A DNA stretch of 64,000 nt from Candidatus Poribacteria bacterium (GTDB taxonomy: Bacteria > Poribacteria > WGA-4E > PCPOR2b), in contig OZ220744.1 in NCBI GenBank assembly GCA_965116925.1, positions 1,792,001-1,856,000 of the forward strand, in the 5' to 3' direction. Positions 38,861-48,791 of this stretch are shown piece by piece. The first letter of the stretch is position 1. Each line of letters begins with the position of its first letter. The position numbers were made by a program, and so were the translations under genes. Below the pieces are notes generated by a model that was not told the origin of the DNA, made no database searches, and saw only the letters and a program-made list of their open reading frames with translations.

Positions 38861-40223
38861 TAAAGTTTAGACAATTTTTATTTTCTTGATGTAGCCGTAT
38901 CAAGGGTTTGTTGAATATCGTCGGCATTGATGTTTTTACCGAACATCGCAGAAACTAATCGGTTTTCCATTAAAGCCCGTAGATACCGCACCATCAACCC
39001 GCGTGTCAACTTAGCGGGTCGATACCAATCAATGCCCAATGTCTGAGTTACCTGCTCGATGGTTACCGGCGTGTCAGTATGGGAAGTGACAGCGAATAAC
39101 AGTTGGGTCATGCAACTGGCTATGAAACTGAGTTGGACAAACCGATTGATACTTTTTCGACACTTGACCCGATAGGTGTCAAATCCGAAGTGTTGCTTGG
39201 TGTCCCGAAAGGCGGTCTCAATCAACCATCTCTTTTGGTAGTATCGCACAATCTGCGGTAAATCTAGGGTTAAGTCAGTGGTAAAGACACAGAAGTATCG
39301 AAACGGCTTACGCCTTTTGTCACGCGTTCGCATCACCACGACACGAACGGGTTGTGGACACATTTTGGTTCGGGCGACTATACTTGCTATGGCATACTGT
39401 TTGTCGTCAATGTCAGTCGTTTTATACCGCAGATACGGCAGATGAATCCGTTTGCCGTATCTCTTAGGTCTGCCGGGTTTGGATTGCTTGGCAGCGGTAG
39501 GTAACCGATAGAACACTGCATTCGACTTGGCACGACACAACAGGTGATGTCCCGCTTTAAGGACACAGCCAAACACTTTCTGTCGAGCGAATCCCCGGTC
39601 AAAGATAATCAGTCCCGCAGGGAGGCGGCTGCACATCCGTTTGAGGACTGACTCACTAGTGTCGCGCTTTGTCTGTGGACACATCAACTTGACAAACACC
39701 GGAAACAGTATCGTCTCGTGGACGGTGCTACAAAGTAATCCCAATGCACCAAACTGATGACCATGGTGAAACTTCGATTGATTCGTGTTGCGTGTGTGAT
39801 AGCGATGGTTCCTGAAAAAATGAAGTCCAAATTGTGTCTCGCCGGTCTTTCGTGCGTGCGTCTCATCGTAAACGTAGACCCAGTTATCGAAACACCTCTG
39901 TAACAACTTCAGCAGATGGTGACCGACTCTATCGGCGTCCCACTTGCCACGCGAAAGGAACTTCACCAGCGAGTGGTAACCCGTTTTCGGACGAACCGCT
40001 TGATAAATGCCGGTCAGCGTCGCACCTTCGCGCTGTGTGATAAGTCCCACAACAAAGACACAAAACAGATGAAAGTTTTGAGACTTGAATAACGGACGAA
40101 AATCGGTTAAAATAGCATTCAGGCAGAATATGAGGTACATAACTTCTCCTTTCAAAATTGTGATGGATTTCTGAAAGGATAACCTCTTTTCTGCCTTTTT
40201 GCATTAAAATTGTACTAACTTTA
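38861..40223 (-). mobile_element. IS701/IS4-like insertion sequence (ends approximate)
   Basis: Imperfect inverted repeats taaagtttagacaatttt and aaaattgtactaacttta flank the transposase. Confidence 0.65.
38878..40140 (-). CDS. DDE transposase, IS701/IS4-like
   Basis: YDET, FDRGF and YQKRWLIETAFRDTKQHFG (YREK-like) motifs. Confidence 0.9.
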   Translation of the reverse strand: MYLIFCLNAILTDFRPLFKSQNFHLFCVFVVGLITQREGATLTGIYQAVRPKTGYHSLVKFLSRGKWDADRVGHHLLKLLQRCFDNWVYVYDETHARKTGETQFGLHFFRNHRYHTRNTNQSKFHHGHQFGALGLLCSTVHETILFPVFVKLMCPQTKRDTSESVLKRMCSRLPAGLIIFDRGFARQKVFGCVLKAGHHLLCRAKSNAVFYRLPTAAKQSKPGRPKRYGKRIHLPYLRYKTTDIDDKQYAIASIVARTKMCPQPVRVVVMRTRDKRRKPFRYFCVFTTDLTLDLPQIVRYYQKRWLIETAFRDTKQHFGFDTYRVKCRKSINRFVQLSFIASCMTQLLFAVTSHTDTPVTIEQVTQTLGIDWYRPAKLTRGLMVRYLRALMENRLVSAMFGKNINADDIQQTLDTATSRK

Positions 40224-40419
40224 ACGCAAGTTGCTAGTTATATGCGAGGCAGTAAAAGGCGACTCCCAATATCCGTAGGTCGGGCATCTTGCCCGACTCA
40301 TAGCCCCAGCGGGGCGACATGTGTATAGAAAACAGGATAAAACCAGCCTTAAAGCCCCAGCGGGGCGACATGTATGTGGTATCGTAACACAACTAGCAAC
40401 TTAGGTTAACTTTAGTATA
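40211..40419. mobile_element. MITE-like element with 29-bp inverted ends carrying three REP-type hairpins
   Basis: Ends tgtactaactttaacgcaagttgctagtt and aactagcaacttaggttaactttagtata match at 24/29 by eye. Cargo is one GTAG REP and two copies of agccccagcggggcgacatgt. Confidence 0.75.
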
Positions 40420-40848
40420 ATTAAGGGTAATTCATAAATAATCTTAACAAATTTTAGTTCACTATAGTTTCCATTGTAACCCCCCAAATCGCAAACCCAG
40501 AAGCTAGAAAATCCTGCGACATAACTCACCCTGAATCCCCAAGGGTCCCCTTTTTCATCAAGCTGTAATTATTTTGAACACGAACTTTTTTTTGCGCCAG
40601 AAATCGTTTTCAACCTTTATCAATCCCTCCTGTCGTCTGGTTTTCTAACAATTTTAAGCCTATACTTGCTTCGCCGCTTCCTTGAATTCCATCCTTTCAT
40701 ATGTTATTATTTCTTATAGAAAATAATAAGCACGCCGTTACTTGCTATACTCCGGTTAGAAAGAACTCACTAAATTTACATCAATTTGGTTGCCGCCGGC
40801 GAACAGGAGAATCTTGGAACGGTAAAGAGTTAGCAAGGAGATATTTAT

Positions 40849-41364
40849 ATGACTCATGAGCATCAAGAGACGCACGATGCTGTACTCATTTCTTTGAGAC
40901 GCATCATCCGCGCGATTGATCTCCGCTCAAAGAACCTCGCGCAACATCACGGACTCACCGTGCCACAACTGGTTGTTCTTCAAGAGGTTAACCGATCAGG
41001 AGAGATACCAGCCGGTCAGTTGGCGAAGAACGTTAGCCTCAGCAACGCAACCGTCACAGGAATTCTCGACCGGCTTGCAAAGCGCGAACTGGTGGACAGA
41101 AGGCGTAGCGGTAATGATAAACGCCGCGTGCTCGTAAAACTCACCAGGAAAGGGACAGAGATGCTTTCCAAGGCACCTTTGTTACTTCAAGACCGTTTTG
41201 TGTCCGAATTCAGCAAACTTGCCGATTGGGAACAAAACCTAATTCTCTCGTCGCTGCAAAGAGTCGCTCACATGATGGAAGCAAAAGACCTTGATGCGGC
41301 GCCTCTGCTTGTCAGTGGAGAGATTTCCGGAACAACCGAAGCCCAAAAGGATCTACTACTATAA
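40849..41364 (+). CDS. MarR family regulator, EctR/CosR-like
   Basis: VLISLRRIIRAIDL...GLTVPQL...DKRRV...WEQNLILSSLQRVAHMM...AAPLL, typical of the EctR/CosR subfamily. Confidence 0.88.
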   Translation: MTHEHQETHDAVLISLRRIIRAIDLRSKNLAQHHGLTVPQLVVLQEVNRSGEIPAGQLAKNVSLSNATVTGILDRLAKRELVDRRRSGNDKRRVLVKLTRKGTEMLSKAPLLLQDRFVSEFSKLADWEQNLILSSLQRVAHMMEAKDLDAAPLLVSGEISGTTEAQKDLLL

Positions 41365-41426
41365 TTCAAAGTCCGCTAGTTCCTATACGAAAATCGATGC
41401 AAACTATTCATGCCAAGGAGGTAAAA

Positions 41427-42695
41427 ATGGACGATAAAGAAGCTCAGTTCACTTACAAGGCGGCAGTCGCTGATGGATTCTATCAGCGTAATATCGGGGG
41501 ACTGACGGGCAAGTACGACAACGTGCGTCGTTATTGGGAAGACCAGATTACCCGCTATGTTCTGCACGATTTCATTGAGGGATTTGTCAATGAGAAACGG
41601 CAGCTACTCACCCGTATCCGCGTGCTCGATCTCGGCTGCGGCGCGGGGGAAGGCTACGAGATTTTGACGAATCCGAGCCAGAGGACGCTCTGTCTGGCAA
41701 CCAAAGAGGTCGATGTAATGCCCGCCGAGATGTTGGACTGCTACAAGGGGATTGATATCAGCGAGGCAATGGTCGAGCAAGGGCGTAAGACATACAATGA
41801 TAGTCCTAAAATGACGTTTGAGATCGGGGATCTCAGCCAAGGGCTTTCGACAGCGACGGATGATCCCCCTTATGATATTTACTTTTCGTCCTACGGTTCT
41901 CTCGCTCACCTCAAAGACGACGACTTTCGGCGATTGGTAAAAGAGATTTGCAACCATTTTCAGGACAGATGCGTTTTTGTCGCTGACATGCTTGGGCGTT
42001 ATTCCTATGAATGGCAGTGTTATTGGGATGAACAAGGCTCAGACGAAACCAACATGCGGCAGTATTCGATGTCCTACCTCTATCCACCGGAGATAATCGA
42101 TCAGATTGAGGTCGAACGGTTCCCGATGCGCTATTGGGGCGGGAAAGAGTTTGACGAGGCCATGTCAGAGATCGCTGTTGAAGCAGGTGTTGAGATTACT
42201 CGACGAACACTTAACGATCGTTCCATCATCGTCGGGCGACACATGGACACCGCAGAATACAATCCCTACGCTCAACCGCTTCGTGATGTAGTGAATCAAT
42301 TACACGAATTCAACTATCGAACCGACCTGCAAGGACTGATATTCGATTATTCACCGCTCCCCGACCATCCAGAACTAAACACCTTTTTCGAGCAGTTTCA
42401 AATGGCGTGGAACGCTGTTGTCTATGCGTGCATTGAAGCCCTGGAATATGGGGAAAATGGTGACTGGCAACCGCCAGAGATTCCAGCCGAATATCCCGAT
42501 GTTCTTACCGAGGCGATTCATACGATTCGGGATGTCATACGGAATCTAAAATGGTTCCGCATGGGCGACCCACTTGCAAACATCGTTGAACCACAGCTTG
42601 GGTATATTCTTCGTAATCTGGAGCAAGGTCTTCAAAGCGGACTCGGTGCCGGGCATGGATTGCTTGCGGTGTATGAACTCTCGAAGGAGAAATAG
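41427..42695 (+). CDS. Class I SAM-dependent methyltransferase, substrate unknown
   Basis: RVLDLGCGAGEG and GIDISEAM motifs, AAGGAGG RBS, long C-terminal extension. Confidence 0.85.
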   Translation: MDDKEAQFTYKAAVADGFYQRNIGGLTGKYDNVRRYWEDQITRYVLHDFIEGFVNEKRQLLTRIRVLDLGCGAGEGYEILTNPSQRTLCLATKEVDVMPAEMLDCYKGIDISEAMVEQGRKTYNDSPKMTFEIGDLSQGLSTATDDPPYDIYFSSYGSLAHLKDDDFRRLVKEICNHFQDRCVFVADMLGRYSYEWQCYWDEQGSDETNMRQYSMSYLYPPEIIDQIEVERFPMRYWGGKEFDEAMSEIAVEAGVEITRRTLNDRSIIVGRHMDTAEYNPYAQPLRDVVNQLHEFNYRTDLQGLIFDYSPLPDHPELNTFFEQFQMAWNAVVYACIEALEYGENGDWQPPEIPAEYPDVLTEAIHTIRDVIRNLKWFRMGDPLANIVEPQLGYILRNLEQGLQSGLGAGHGLLAVYELSKEK

Positions 42696-42700
42696 ATCCG

Positions 42701-43678
42701 ATGATTGTGCTTCGAGACTTGAGCAAATCTTTCGATGGCAGGACGACGTTTGCTGTCCACAATCTCTCGCTAGAGGTGCAGGAGGGAGAAACGCTTGTAC
42801 TGCTCGGATCTTCAGGCTGTGGCAAGACCACGACGCTGAAAATGATCAATCGCCTCATCGAACCGACTTCGGGAGAAATCGAGGTCGATGGTGTCAATGT
42901 GCTCCAGAAGGACGTGGTTGAATTGCGTCGTTCAATCGGTTACGTATTTCAGAGCATCGGTCTCTTTCCACACATGACGATTGAGGAAAACGTGACAATC
43001 GTCCCACGACTGCTCGGTTGGTCTGAGGAACAAAAGCAGAACCGAGCCAAAGAACTGCTTGCGCTTGTCCAACTCGATCCTGACCAATATGCGTCTCGCT
43101 ATCCGCATGAACTTTCAGGTGGTCAACAGCAGCGCGTCGGCGTCGCACGGGCACTCGCCGCCGATCCGGATTACCTACTGATGGACGAGCCCTTCGGTGC
43201 ACTCGACCCAATTACCCGCGAGGCGGTTCAGGAGGAGTTTGCCCAACTCGAAGCAATAATTCAGAAAACGATCGTGTTCGTCACCCATGACGTGTTTGAA
43301 GCTGTAACGCTCGGTGACCGTATTGCCATCATGGAAGCGGGCGAAATCGTCCAACTCGGAACGCCAACGGAGTTACTGACACAACCGGCGAATGTTTTCG
43401 TCAGCAACTTTTTCAGCAAACACCACTTCCAATTGCAGTTCAATGCCCTGTCTGTTGGAGACTTTATCCGTCTTGATGCCGGCGTACAGACGGCTGTCGA
43501 TTCGACGGCAGTCTCCGTATCCCCAATGGAAAATCTCGGTGGTGCGGTGGATTTGATGCGAAAACACCAGCTTTCAGAGTTGCCCGTTGTGGATGGTCAA
43601 GTTGTTGGTGTATTACGCAGTACTGACTTGGTGGAGGCACTTGTCGGGAAACGGAATCAATCATACGGTCGAGAATAA
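42701..43678 (+). CDS. Osmoprotectant ABC transporter ATPase (OpuCA/OsmV-like) with CBS-like tail
   Basis: GSSGCGKTT, LSGGQQQR and MDEPFGALDP motifs. Confidence 0.93.
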   Translation: MIVLRDLSKSFDGRTTFAVHNLSLEVQEGETLVLLGSSGCGKTTTLKMINRLIEPTSGEIEVDGVNVLQKDVVELRRSIGYVFQSIGLFPHMTIEENVTIVPRLLGWSEEQKQNRAKELLALVQLDPDQYASRYPHELSGGQQQRVGVARALAADPDYLLMDEPFGALDPITREAVQEEFAQLEAIIQKTIVFVTHDVFEAVTLGDRIAIMEAGEIVQLGTPTELLTQPANVFVSNFFSKHHFQLQFNALSVGDFIRLDAGVQTAVDSTAVSVSPMENLGGAVDLMRKHQLSELPVVDGQVVGVLRSTDLVEALVGKRNQSYGRE

Positions 43679-43683
43679 TCATA

Positions 43684-44319
43684 ATGAGGTCATTTGTCAA
43701 TTTTCTCCAAGAACGTGGTAACGAAATTCTATCGTTGACAGTTGAGCACTTGTATCTCACCGGAATCACGATGGTATTCGCGATTATCGTCGGTGTATTA
43801 TTGGGCCTCCTTCTGACGCGGTTTGAATGGCTTGCGACGCCGATTCTCGGCGGGGCAAACGTCATTCAAACCGTGCCAAGCCTCGCTATTTTGGGGTTTA
43901 TGATTCCCCTGTTTGGGATCGGCGCGACACCGGCAATTGTAGCGCTCTTTCTGTACGCGCTGCTGCCAATTATTCGGAACACCTACACCGGCATTGTTGG
44001 CGTTAATCCGGCAACCGTCGAAGCCGCCCTTGGTGTGGGCATGACGCAACGACAGGTGCTGAGGTTGGTCAGATTGCCGCTGGCACTCTCCGTTATTATG
44101 GCGGGGATTCGCACCTCAACAGTCATTTGCGTCGGCATCGCTACTCTCTGTGCCTTTATTGGCGCAGGGGGTTTAGGTGAGTTAATCTTCAGCGGGATTT
44201 CAATGGTAAACGCAAGCATGATTCTCGCGGGAGCGATTCCTTCGGCGTTGCTAGCGTTGATTTTGGATTTTGGGTTAGGATTGATTGAGAAACTGCTCAC
44301 ACCAAAGGGACTTAGGTGA
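43684..44319 (+). CDS. Osmoprotectant ABC transporter permease
   Basis: QTVPSLA, LYALLPIIRNT, EAA loop and IGAGGLG motifs. Confidence 0.93.
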   Translation: MRSFVNFLQERGNEILSLTVEHLYLTGITMVFAIIVGVLLGLLLTRFEWLATPILGGANVIQTVPSLAILGFMIPLFGIGATPAIVALFLYALLPIIRNTYTGIVGVNPATVEAALGVGMTQRQVLRLVRLPLALSVIMAGIRTSTVICVGIATLCAFIGAGGLGELIFSGISMVNASMILAGAIPSALLALILDFGLGLIEKLLTPKGLR

Positions 44320-44458
44320 AATGATTGGCACTGTTGTGGTGCCATCATCGAACACCTCCGTCCTGATAGGAAAGGGGCGCCATCCTCTCAAATTGTTCAA
44401 CAGTCCTCAAATCGAGATGCGATTTGAGAGGGGAGTAGATAAACGGGAGGGACTTTAG

Positions 44459-45343
44459 ATGTTAAAACAGAGGCTAACTATTTTCATCCTAATTGCACTA
44501 TTCGGTATCACTGCTTGTGGTGATGGCGAAAAGAAAGTCGTTATCGGCTCAAAAGAATTCACAGAATCAGTGATTTTACGCGAGATGATGGCGGCGTTAA
44601 TCGAAGCCAACAGCGACATCAAAGTCGAGCAGAAATTCCTCGGCGGTACGCTAATCTGTTTCAATTCGCTCACGAGTGGTGACATCGATCTTTACGCAGA
44701 ATATACCGGAACAGCGTTGATGGCGATTCTGAAGCAAGCACCGATGACCGACTCACAGAGAGTCTACGATACAGTTAAGGAGAACTTCAAAAATCTGTAT
44801 CAGCTTGAGTGGCTGGCACCTTTCGGTTTCAACAACACTTATGTCTTGACAATGCGAAAAGATCATGCTCAAGCACTCGGCGTTGAAAAAATCTCCGATT
44901 TGGACACCCATCTTGATACCCTGAAAGCCGGTTTTACGCATGAGTTTTTGGAACGCCCGGACGGTTATCCCGGTTTGACGGAGCACTACGGTCTAAAATC
45001 GACACAGAAGCCGAAAGGGATGGACCCCGGCTTGATGTACAAAGCCATCGCCGAAAAACAAATCGATCTAACCTCTGGGTTTGCGACGGATGGGCGCATT
45101 CCCGCCTTCGATCTCGTGATGCTTTCTGACGACGAGGGGTTCTTTCCGCCCTACTACGCTGCTCCCGTCGTGCGGTCAGATACTTTGGGTAAATATCCTG
45201 AACTTAAGGGCATTTTGGGCAAACTCGCGGAGAGAATCGATGATGCAACGATGGCGCAACTCAACTATGAAGTTGATGAAAAAGAACGGGCTGCCGCCGA
45301 AGTTGCGAAGGATTTTCTGCAAAAACAAGGACTAATTCCATAG
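44459..45343 (+). CDS. Osmoprotectant (betaine-type) ABC substrate-binding lipoprotein
   Basis: ITAC lipobox, GSKEFTE, EYTGT, GFNNTY and FFPPY motifs. Confidence 0.93.
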   Translation: MLKQRLTIFILIALFGITACGDGEKKVVIGSKEFTESVILREMMAALIEANSDIKVEQKFLGGTLICFNSLTSGDIDLYAEYTGTALMAILKQAPMTDSQRVYDTVKENFKNLYQLEWLAPFGFNNTYVLTMRKDHAQALGVEKISDLDTHLDTLKAGFTHEFLERPDGYPGLTEHYGLKSTQKPKGMDPGLMYKAIAEKQIDLTSGFATDGRIPAFDLVMLSDDEGFFPPYYAAPVVRSDTLGKYPELKGILGKLAERIDDATMAQLNYEVDEKERAAAEVAKDFLQKQGLIP

Positions 45344-45357
45344 GAGGAAAATCAACG

Positions 45358-46872
45358 ATGTGTGGAATTGCAGGAATCTGGGGGATGGAGGATGTCACGC
45401 TAGTGAAAGAAATGAACGAGAAGCTGTCCCATCGCGGGCCGGACGCTGAGGGGTTGTATCGCTGCCCACACGGACACGGTACCCTCGGACATCGAAGACT
45501 TTCAATTATGGATCCTGAAGGTGGGAATCAACCGCTGTATAACGAGGAAAAATCCAAAGCCATTGTCGCAAACGGTGAAATCTACAATTTCCCGGTGTTG
45601 CGGAAGCAGTTAGCGGAAGCCCATACCCTTCACACAGGCAATGACAGCGAAGCCATTCTGCACCTGTACGAAGACCATGAGCAGACCGTCGTTGATCACC
45701 TTGAGGGTATGTTTGCTTTTGCTATCGCCGATGGTGAAAACTTATTCGCTGCACGCGACCCTATCGGTATCAAACCACTGTACTATGGTCAAAAGGAAGG
45801 GGCGTTCTACTTTAGCTCGGAATTGAAGGCGTTCCCCAAGCAGATGGAAGCGGTCAATGAATTTCCGCCGGGGACGTGGTATCACTCCGACAAAGGTTTC
45901 GTGTCTTTCTATGAGATTCCCAATCACCGTCCACTAGAAGTACCGCTTGCTCTTTGTCTTTCTGCCTTGCGAGAGAAGCTTGAAAAATCGGTGACCAAAC
46001 GCTTGATGAGCGACGTGCCGCTAGGGACTTTCCTTTCAGGTGGGCTTGATAGCAGCATCATCGCCGCAATCGTCCGACAGCACATGGACGAACTGCACTC
46101 TTTCTCAGTCGGTATTGAGGGAAGTCGTGATTTAGAAGCAGCGCGCATGGTCGCTCGACATCTGGACACTGTCCACCATGAGTACATCTTCACCCCCAAA
46201 GAAGTTCTAGAAATCCTTCCTGACGTGATTTATTATCTTGAATCGTTCGATCAAGATCTGGTGCGGAGCGCGATTCCCTGCTATTTCGTCTCCCGGTTGG
46301 CGAGCGAAAAAGTGAAGGTCATCCTGACAGGGGAGGGTGCCGACGAACTTTTCGCTGGCTACACCTATTACAAGAACATTTTTGACAACGAAACGTTACA
46401 TCGCGAATTACGCCGATCTGTAGCGGCACTACATAACATCAACCTTCAGCGCGTCGATCGGTTGACGATGGCGCACGGACTCGAAGGGCGTGTGCCGTTT
46501 CTTGATCTGGAAATGATTAATCTCTCGCAGACCGTTCCACCTTCGCTCAAATTGTACGATGATGGAAAGGGACGACGAATTGAAAAATGGATTTTGCGAA
46601 AGGCGACAGAAGATCTGTTGCCTAAAGAGATTGTTTGGAGAGACAAAGCGCAGTTTGACGAGGGCAGCGGCACAGTTGATCTCCTGCAAAGCGCAATTGC
46701 CGAGAAAATGACATCTGAAGAAGCGGACGAATACCGTTCGGCACATCCAGAAATCCGTCTGCGGTCGCCAGAGGAATGCTTTTACCATCGAATTTTCACT
46801 GACGCCTTTGAGTGTCCAAAGCTAATTAGCCAAAATGTCGGACGGTGGGGAGAGCGTCCTGCGTTTGAATAA
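45358..46872 (+). CDS. asnB: Asparagine synthetase family glutamine amidotransferase
   Basis: MCGIAG, HRGPD, NGEIYN, LSGGLDSS, GEGADE and RVPFLD motifs. Confidence 0.9.
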   Translation: MCGIAGIWGMEDVTLVKEMNEKLSHRGPDAEGLYRCPHGHGTLGHRRLSIMDPEGGNQPLYNEEKSKAIVANGEIYNFPVLRKQLAEAHTLHTGNDSEAILHLYEDHEQTVVDHLEGMFAFAIADGENLFAARDPIGIKPLYYGQKEGAFYFSSELKAFPKQMEAVNEFPPGTWYHSDKGFVSFYEIPNHRPLEVPLALCLSALREKLEKSVTKRLMSDVPLGTFLSGGLDSSIIAAIVRQHMDELHSFSVGIEGSRDLEAARMVARHLDTVHHEYIFTPKEVLEILPDVIYYLESFDQDLVRSAIPCYFVSRLASEKVKVILTGEGADELFAGYTYYKNIFDNETLHRELRRSVAALHNINLQRVDRLTMAHGLEGRVPFLDLEMINLSQTVPPSLKLYDDGKGRRIEKWILRKATEDLLPKEIVWRDKAQFDEGSGTVDLLQSAIAEKMTSEEADEYRSAHPEIRLRSPEECFYHRIFTDAFECPKLISQNVGRWGERPAFE

Positions 46873-47025
46873 CTTGCCTGCCGAAGGAGATATCCATATT
46901 ATATGATTGAAGTCAAGGTGTCACCAAACGAATCGTTTCACAGAAATTGTGATCGATTTAAGAAAAAAACAGAAAACGCATCGAAAACATCCCTTAATCA
47001 TATCAAACAATAGGGTTGAAATTCC

Positions 47026-48042
47026 ATGAATGCCGCATTACTTCCATTCCATTACACCCACTCACCAACGCTACCCAAACTGCTCTGGGAATTGCGGTGT
47101 ACGCTGGTGTTCAGCACCTACCAAGCGGGCAAGGTTATCTTTATCCGCGCCACCAGCCCGGAGACGATTGAGCAGCGCGCCCTGGACTTTCCCAGACCGA
47201 TGGGATTGGCGGTCTCCGATCAGCGGATCGCAGTCGCTACGCGGGAGGAGGTGGTGGTGCTTACCAATACTTCGGCAGAAGGCTCCACTGAGTCCCTGCA
47301 TGTTGATTCCGGATCTGTGATTAGAGCGGCAGCACACTCCTATGTGCAGGAGAAGACGTACTTTAGCGGAGAGGTTGACACTCATGACCTCGCTTGGGGA
47401 AAGGATGGACTGTGGGCAATCAACACCCTCCTTTCATCCGTAGCTTTGACAGACGAAAAATCTGATTTCGAGGCAGAATGGCGTCCTCCGTTCGTCAGTG
47501 ACGTAGTGCCAGAAGACCGCTGTCATTTGAACAGTATGGCGATGGTGGACGGTCAACCTGAGTATGTGACGGCATTTGGGAAGGTGAACACCTTTGAGGG
47601 TTGGCGCGAGAACAAGGTATCAGGCGGGATTTTGATGGATGTTCCCAGCGGAGAGATTGTATTGGAAGGATTACCGATGCCACACTCCCCACGGGTGTAC
47701 GATGGGAAACTCTATCTGCTGCTCTCCGCGACTGGGGAGTTAGTGTGTGCCGAACCCGAAACGGGGGGGTACGAAGCGGTTGCTCAGTTGCCCGGCTTTG
47801 TGCGTGGAATGGCACGTTGTGGTGATTATCTGTTTGTGGGATTGTCAAAGCTGCGAAAGACAAGCTCGACCTTCGCAGCGCTGCCAATCTCCGAGCAAGC
47901 GGCGTTCAGCGGCATTGTAGTCGTGTCTCTATCCGAAGGACGTATCGTTGAGCACCTCAGATATGAGACAGGTGTTGAGGAGATTTATGATGTGCAGGTT
48001 TTGACGGAGGGGTCAGCCAGTGACACTGTTCCTCCGTCGTAA
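47026..48042 (+). CDS. TIGR03032 (DUF4915) family protein
   Basis: STYQAGK, WRPPF...PEDRCHLN, GWRE, MPHSPR and EEIYDVQVL motifs. Confidence 0.88.
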   Translation: MNAALLPFHYTHSPTLPKLLWELRCTLVFSTYQAGKVIFIRATSPETIEQRALDFPRPMGLAVSDQRIAVATREEVVVLTNTSAEGSTESLHVDSGSVIRAAAHSYVQEKTYFSGEVDTHDLAWGKDGLWAINTLLSSVALTDEKSDFEAEWRPPFVSDVVPEDRCHLNSMAMVDGQPEYVTAFGKVNTFEGWRENKVSGGILMDVPSGEIVLEGLPMPHSPRVYDGKLYLLLSATGELVCAEPETGGYEAVAQLPGFVRGMARCGDYLFVGLSKLRKTSSTFAALPISEQAAFSGIVVVSLSEGRIVEHLRYETGVEEIYDVQVLTEGSASDTVPPS

Positions 48043-48046
48043 TCCG

Positions 48047-48772
48047 CTATAGCTTTTCTATCGGTTGTGCGTTCCCGAAGACAGGTTGTGGACCATCAAC
48101 CGGTGCAGCCCAGCCCGCTGCATTAGCGATAACGCGTAGCACGTCCGGATTGTGATAGATCGGGTAGGTTTCGTGCCCGGGGCGGAAATAGAATATCTTG
48201 CCTTTACCACGGTGGTAGCAACAGCCGCTGCGGAAAACCTCACCGCCGGGAAACCAACTAATGAAAATCAGTGTGTCCGGTTCAGGAATATCGAAAGGTT
48301 CTCCGTACATCTCGGCGTGTTCGATCTCAAAGTATTCGCCAATCCCTTCGACAATCGGGTGCCCGTGCTCTATAACCCAGAGCCGTTCCTTCTCACCTGA
48401 TTCACGCCATTTGAGGCTGCACGATGTCCCCATCAATTTGGTAAAGATTTTTGAGTAGTGAGACGAGTGCAAGCAGATTAAACCCATGCCATCTAGAATG
48501 CGGACGTGCATTCTATCAACAACTTCATCCGCTACCTCTCCATGTGCCCCGTGTCCCCACCAGATCAGAACATCCGTATTGGAGAGGACTGCCTCTGTCA
48601 ACCCATGTTCCGGCTCATCCAATGTTGCGGTGTGCACCGCAAACCCCGGCTGTTCTCTAAGATAATTTCCAATTGCGTTGTGCATCCCGTCGGGGTAGAT
48701 TTGTGCGATTTGCTCATTGGTCTTTTCGTGGCGATATTCATTCCATACTGTCACTCGAACTGTTTTACTCAT
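48047..48772 (-). CDS. thuA: ThuA-like (trehalose utilization) protein
   Basis: [26 protein letters not shown] and FRPGHETYP motifs. Confidence 0.9.
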   Translation of the reverse strand: MSKTVRVTVWNEYRHEKTNEQIAQIYPDGMHNAIGNYLREQPGFAVHTATLDEPEHGLTEAVLSNTDVLIWWGHGAHGEVADEVVDRMHVRILDGMGLICLHSSHYSKIFTKLMGTSCSLKWRESGEKERLWVIEHGHPIVEGIGEYFEIEHAEMYGEPFDIPEPDTLIFISWFPGGEVFRSGCCYHRGKGKIFYFRPGHETYPIYHNPDVLRVIANAAGWAAPVDGPQPVFGNAQPIEKL

Positions 48773-48791
48773 ATAGTCATTCCTTTATCGT

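Noticed and set aside
40302..40373. Two 21-bp direct repeats as a mini-CRISPR
   Set aside because: Only two units, no cas genes, and a related pair at 27390-27455, so it is a dispersed palindromic repeat family.
44320..44458. Remnant of a second permease gene in the Opu operon gap
   Set aside because: No permease-like translation seen, only an imperfect hairpin (ctctcaaat...atttgagag).
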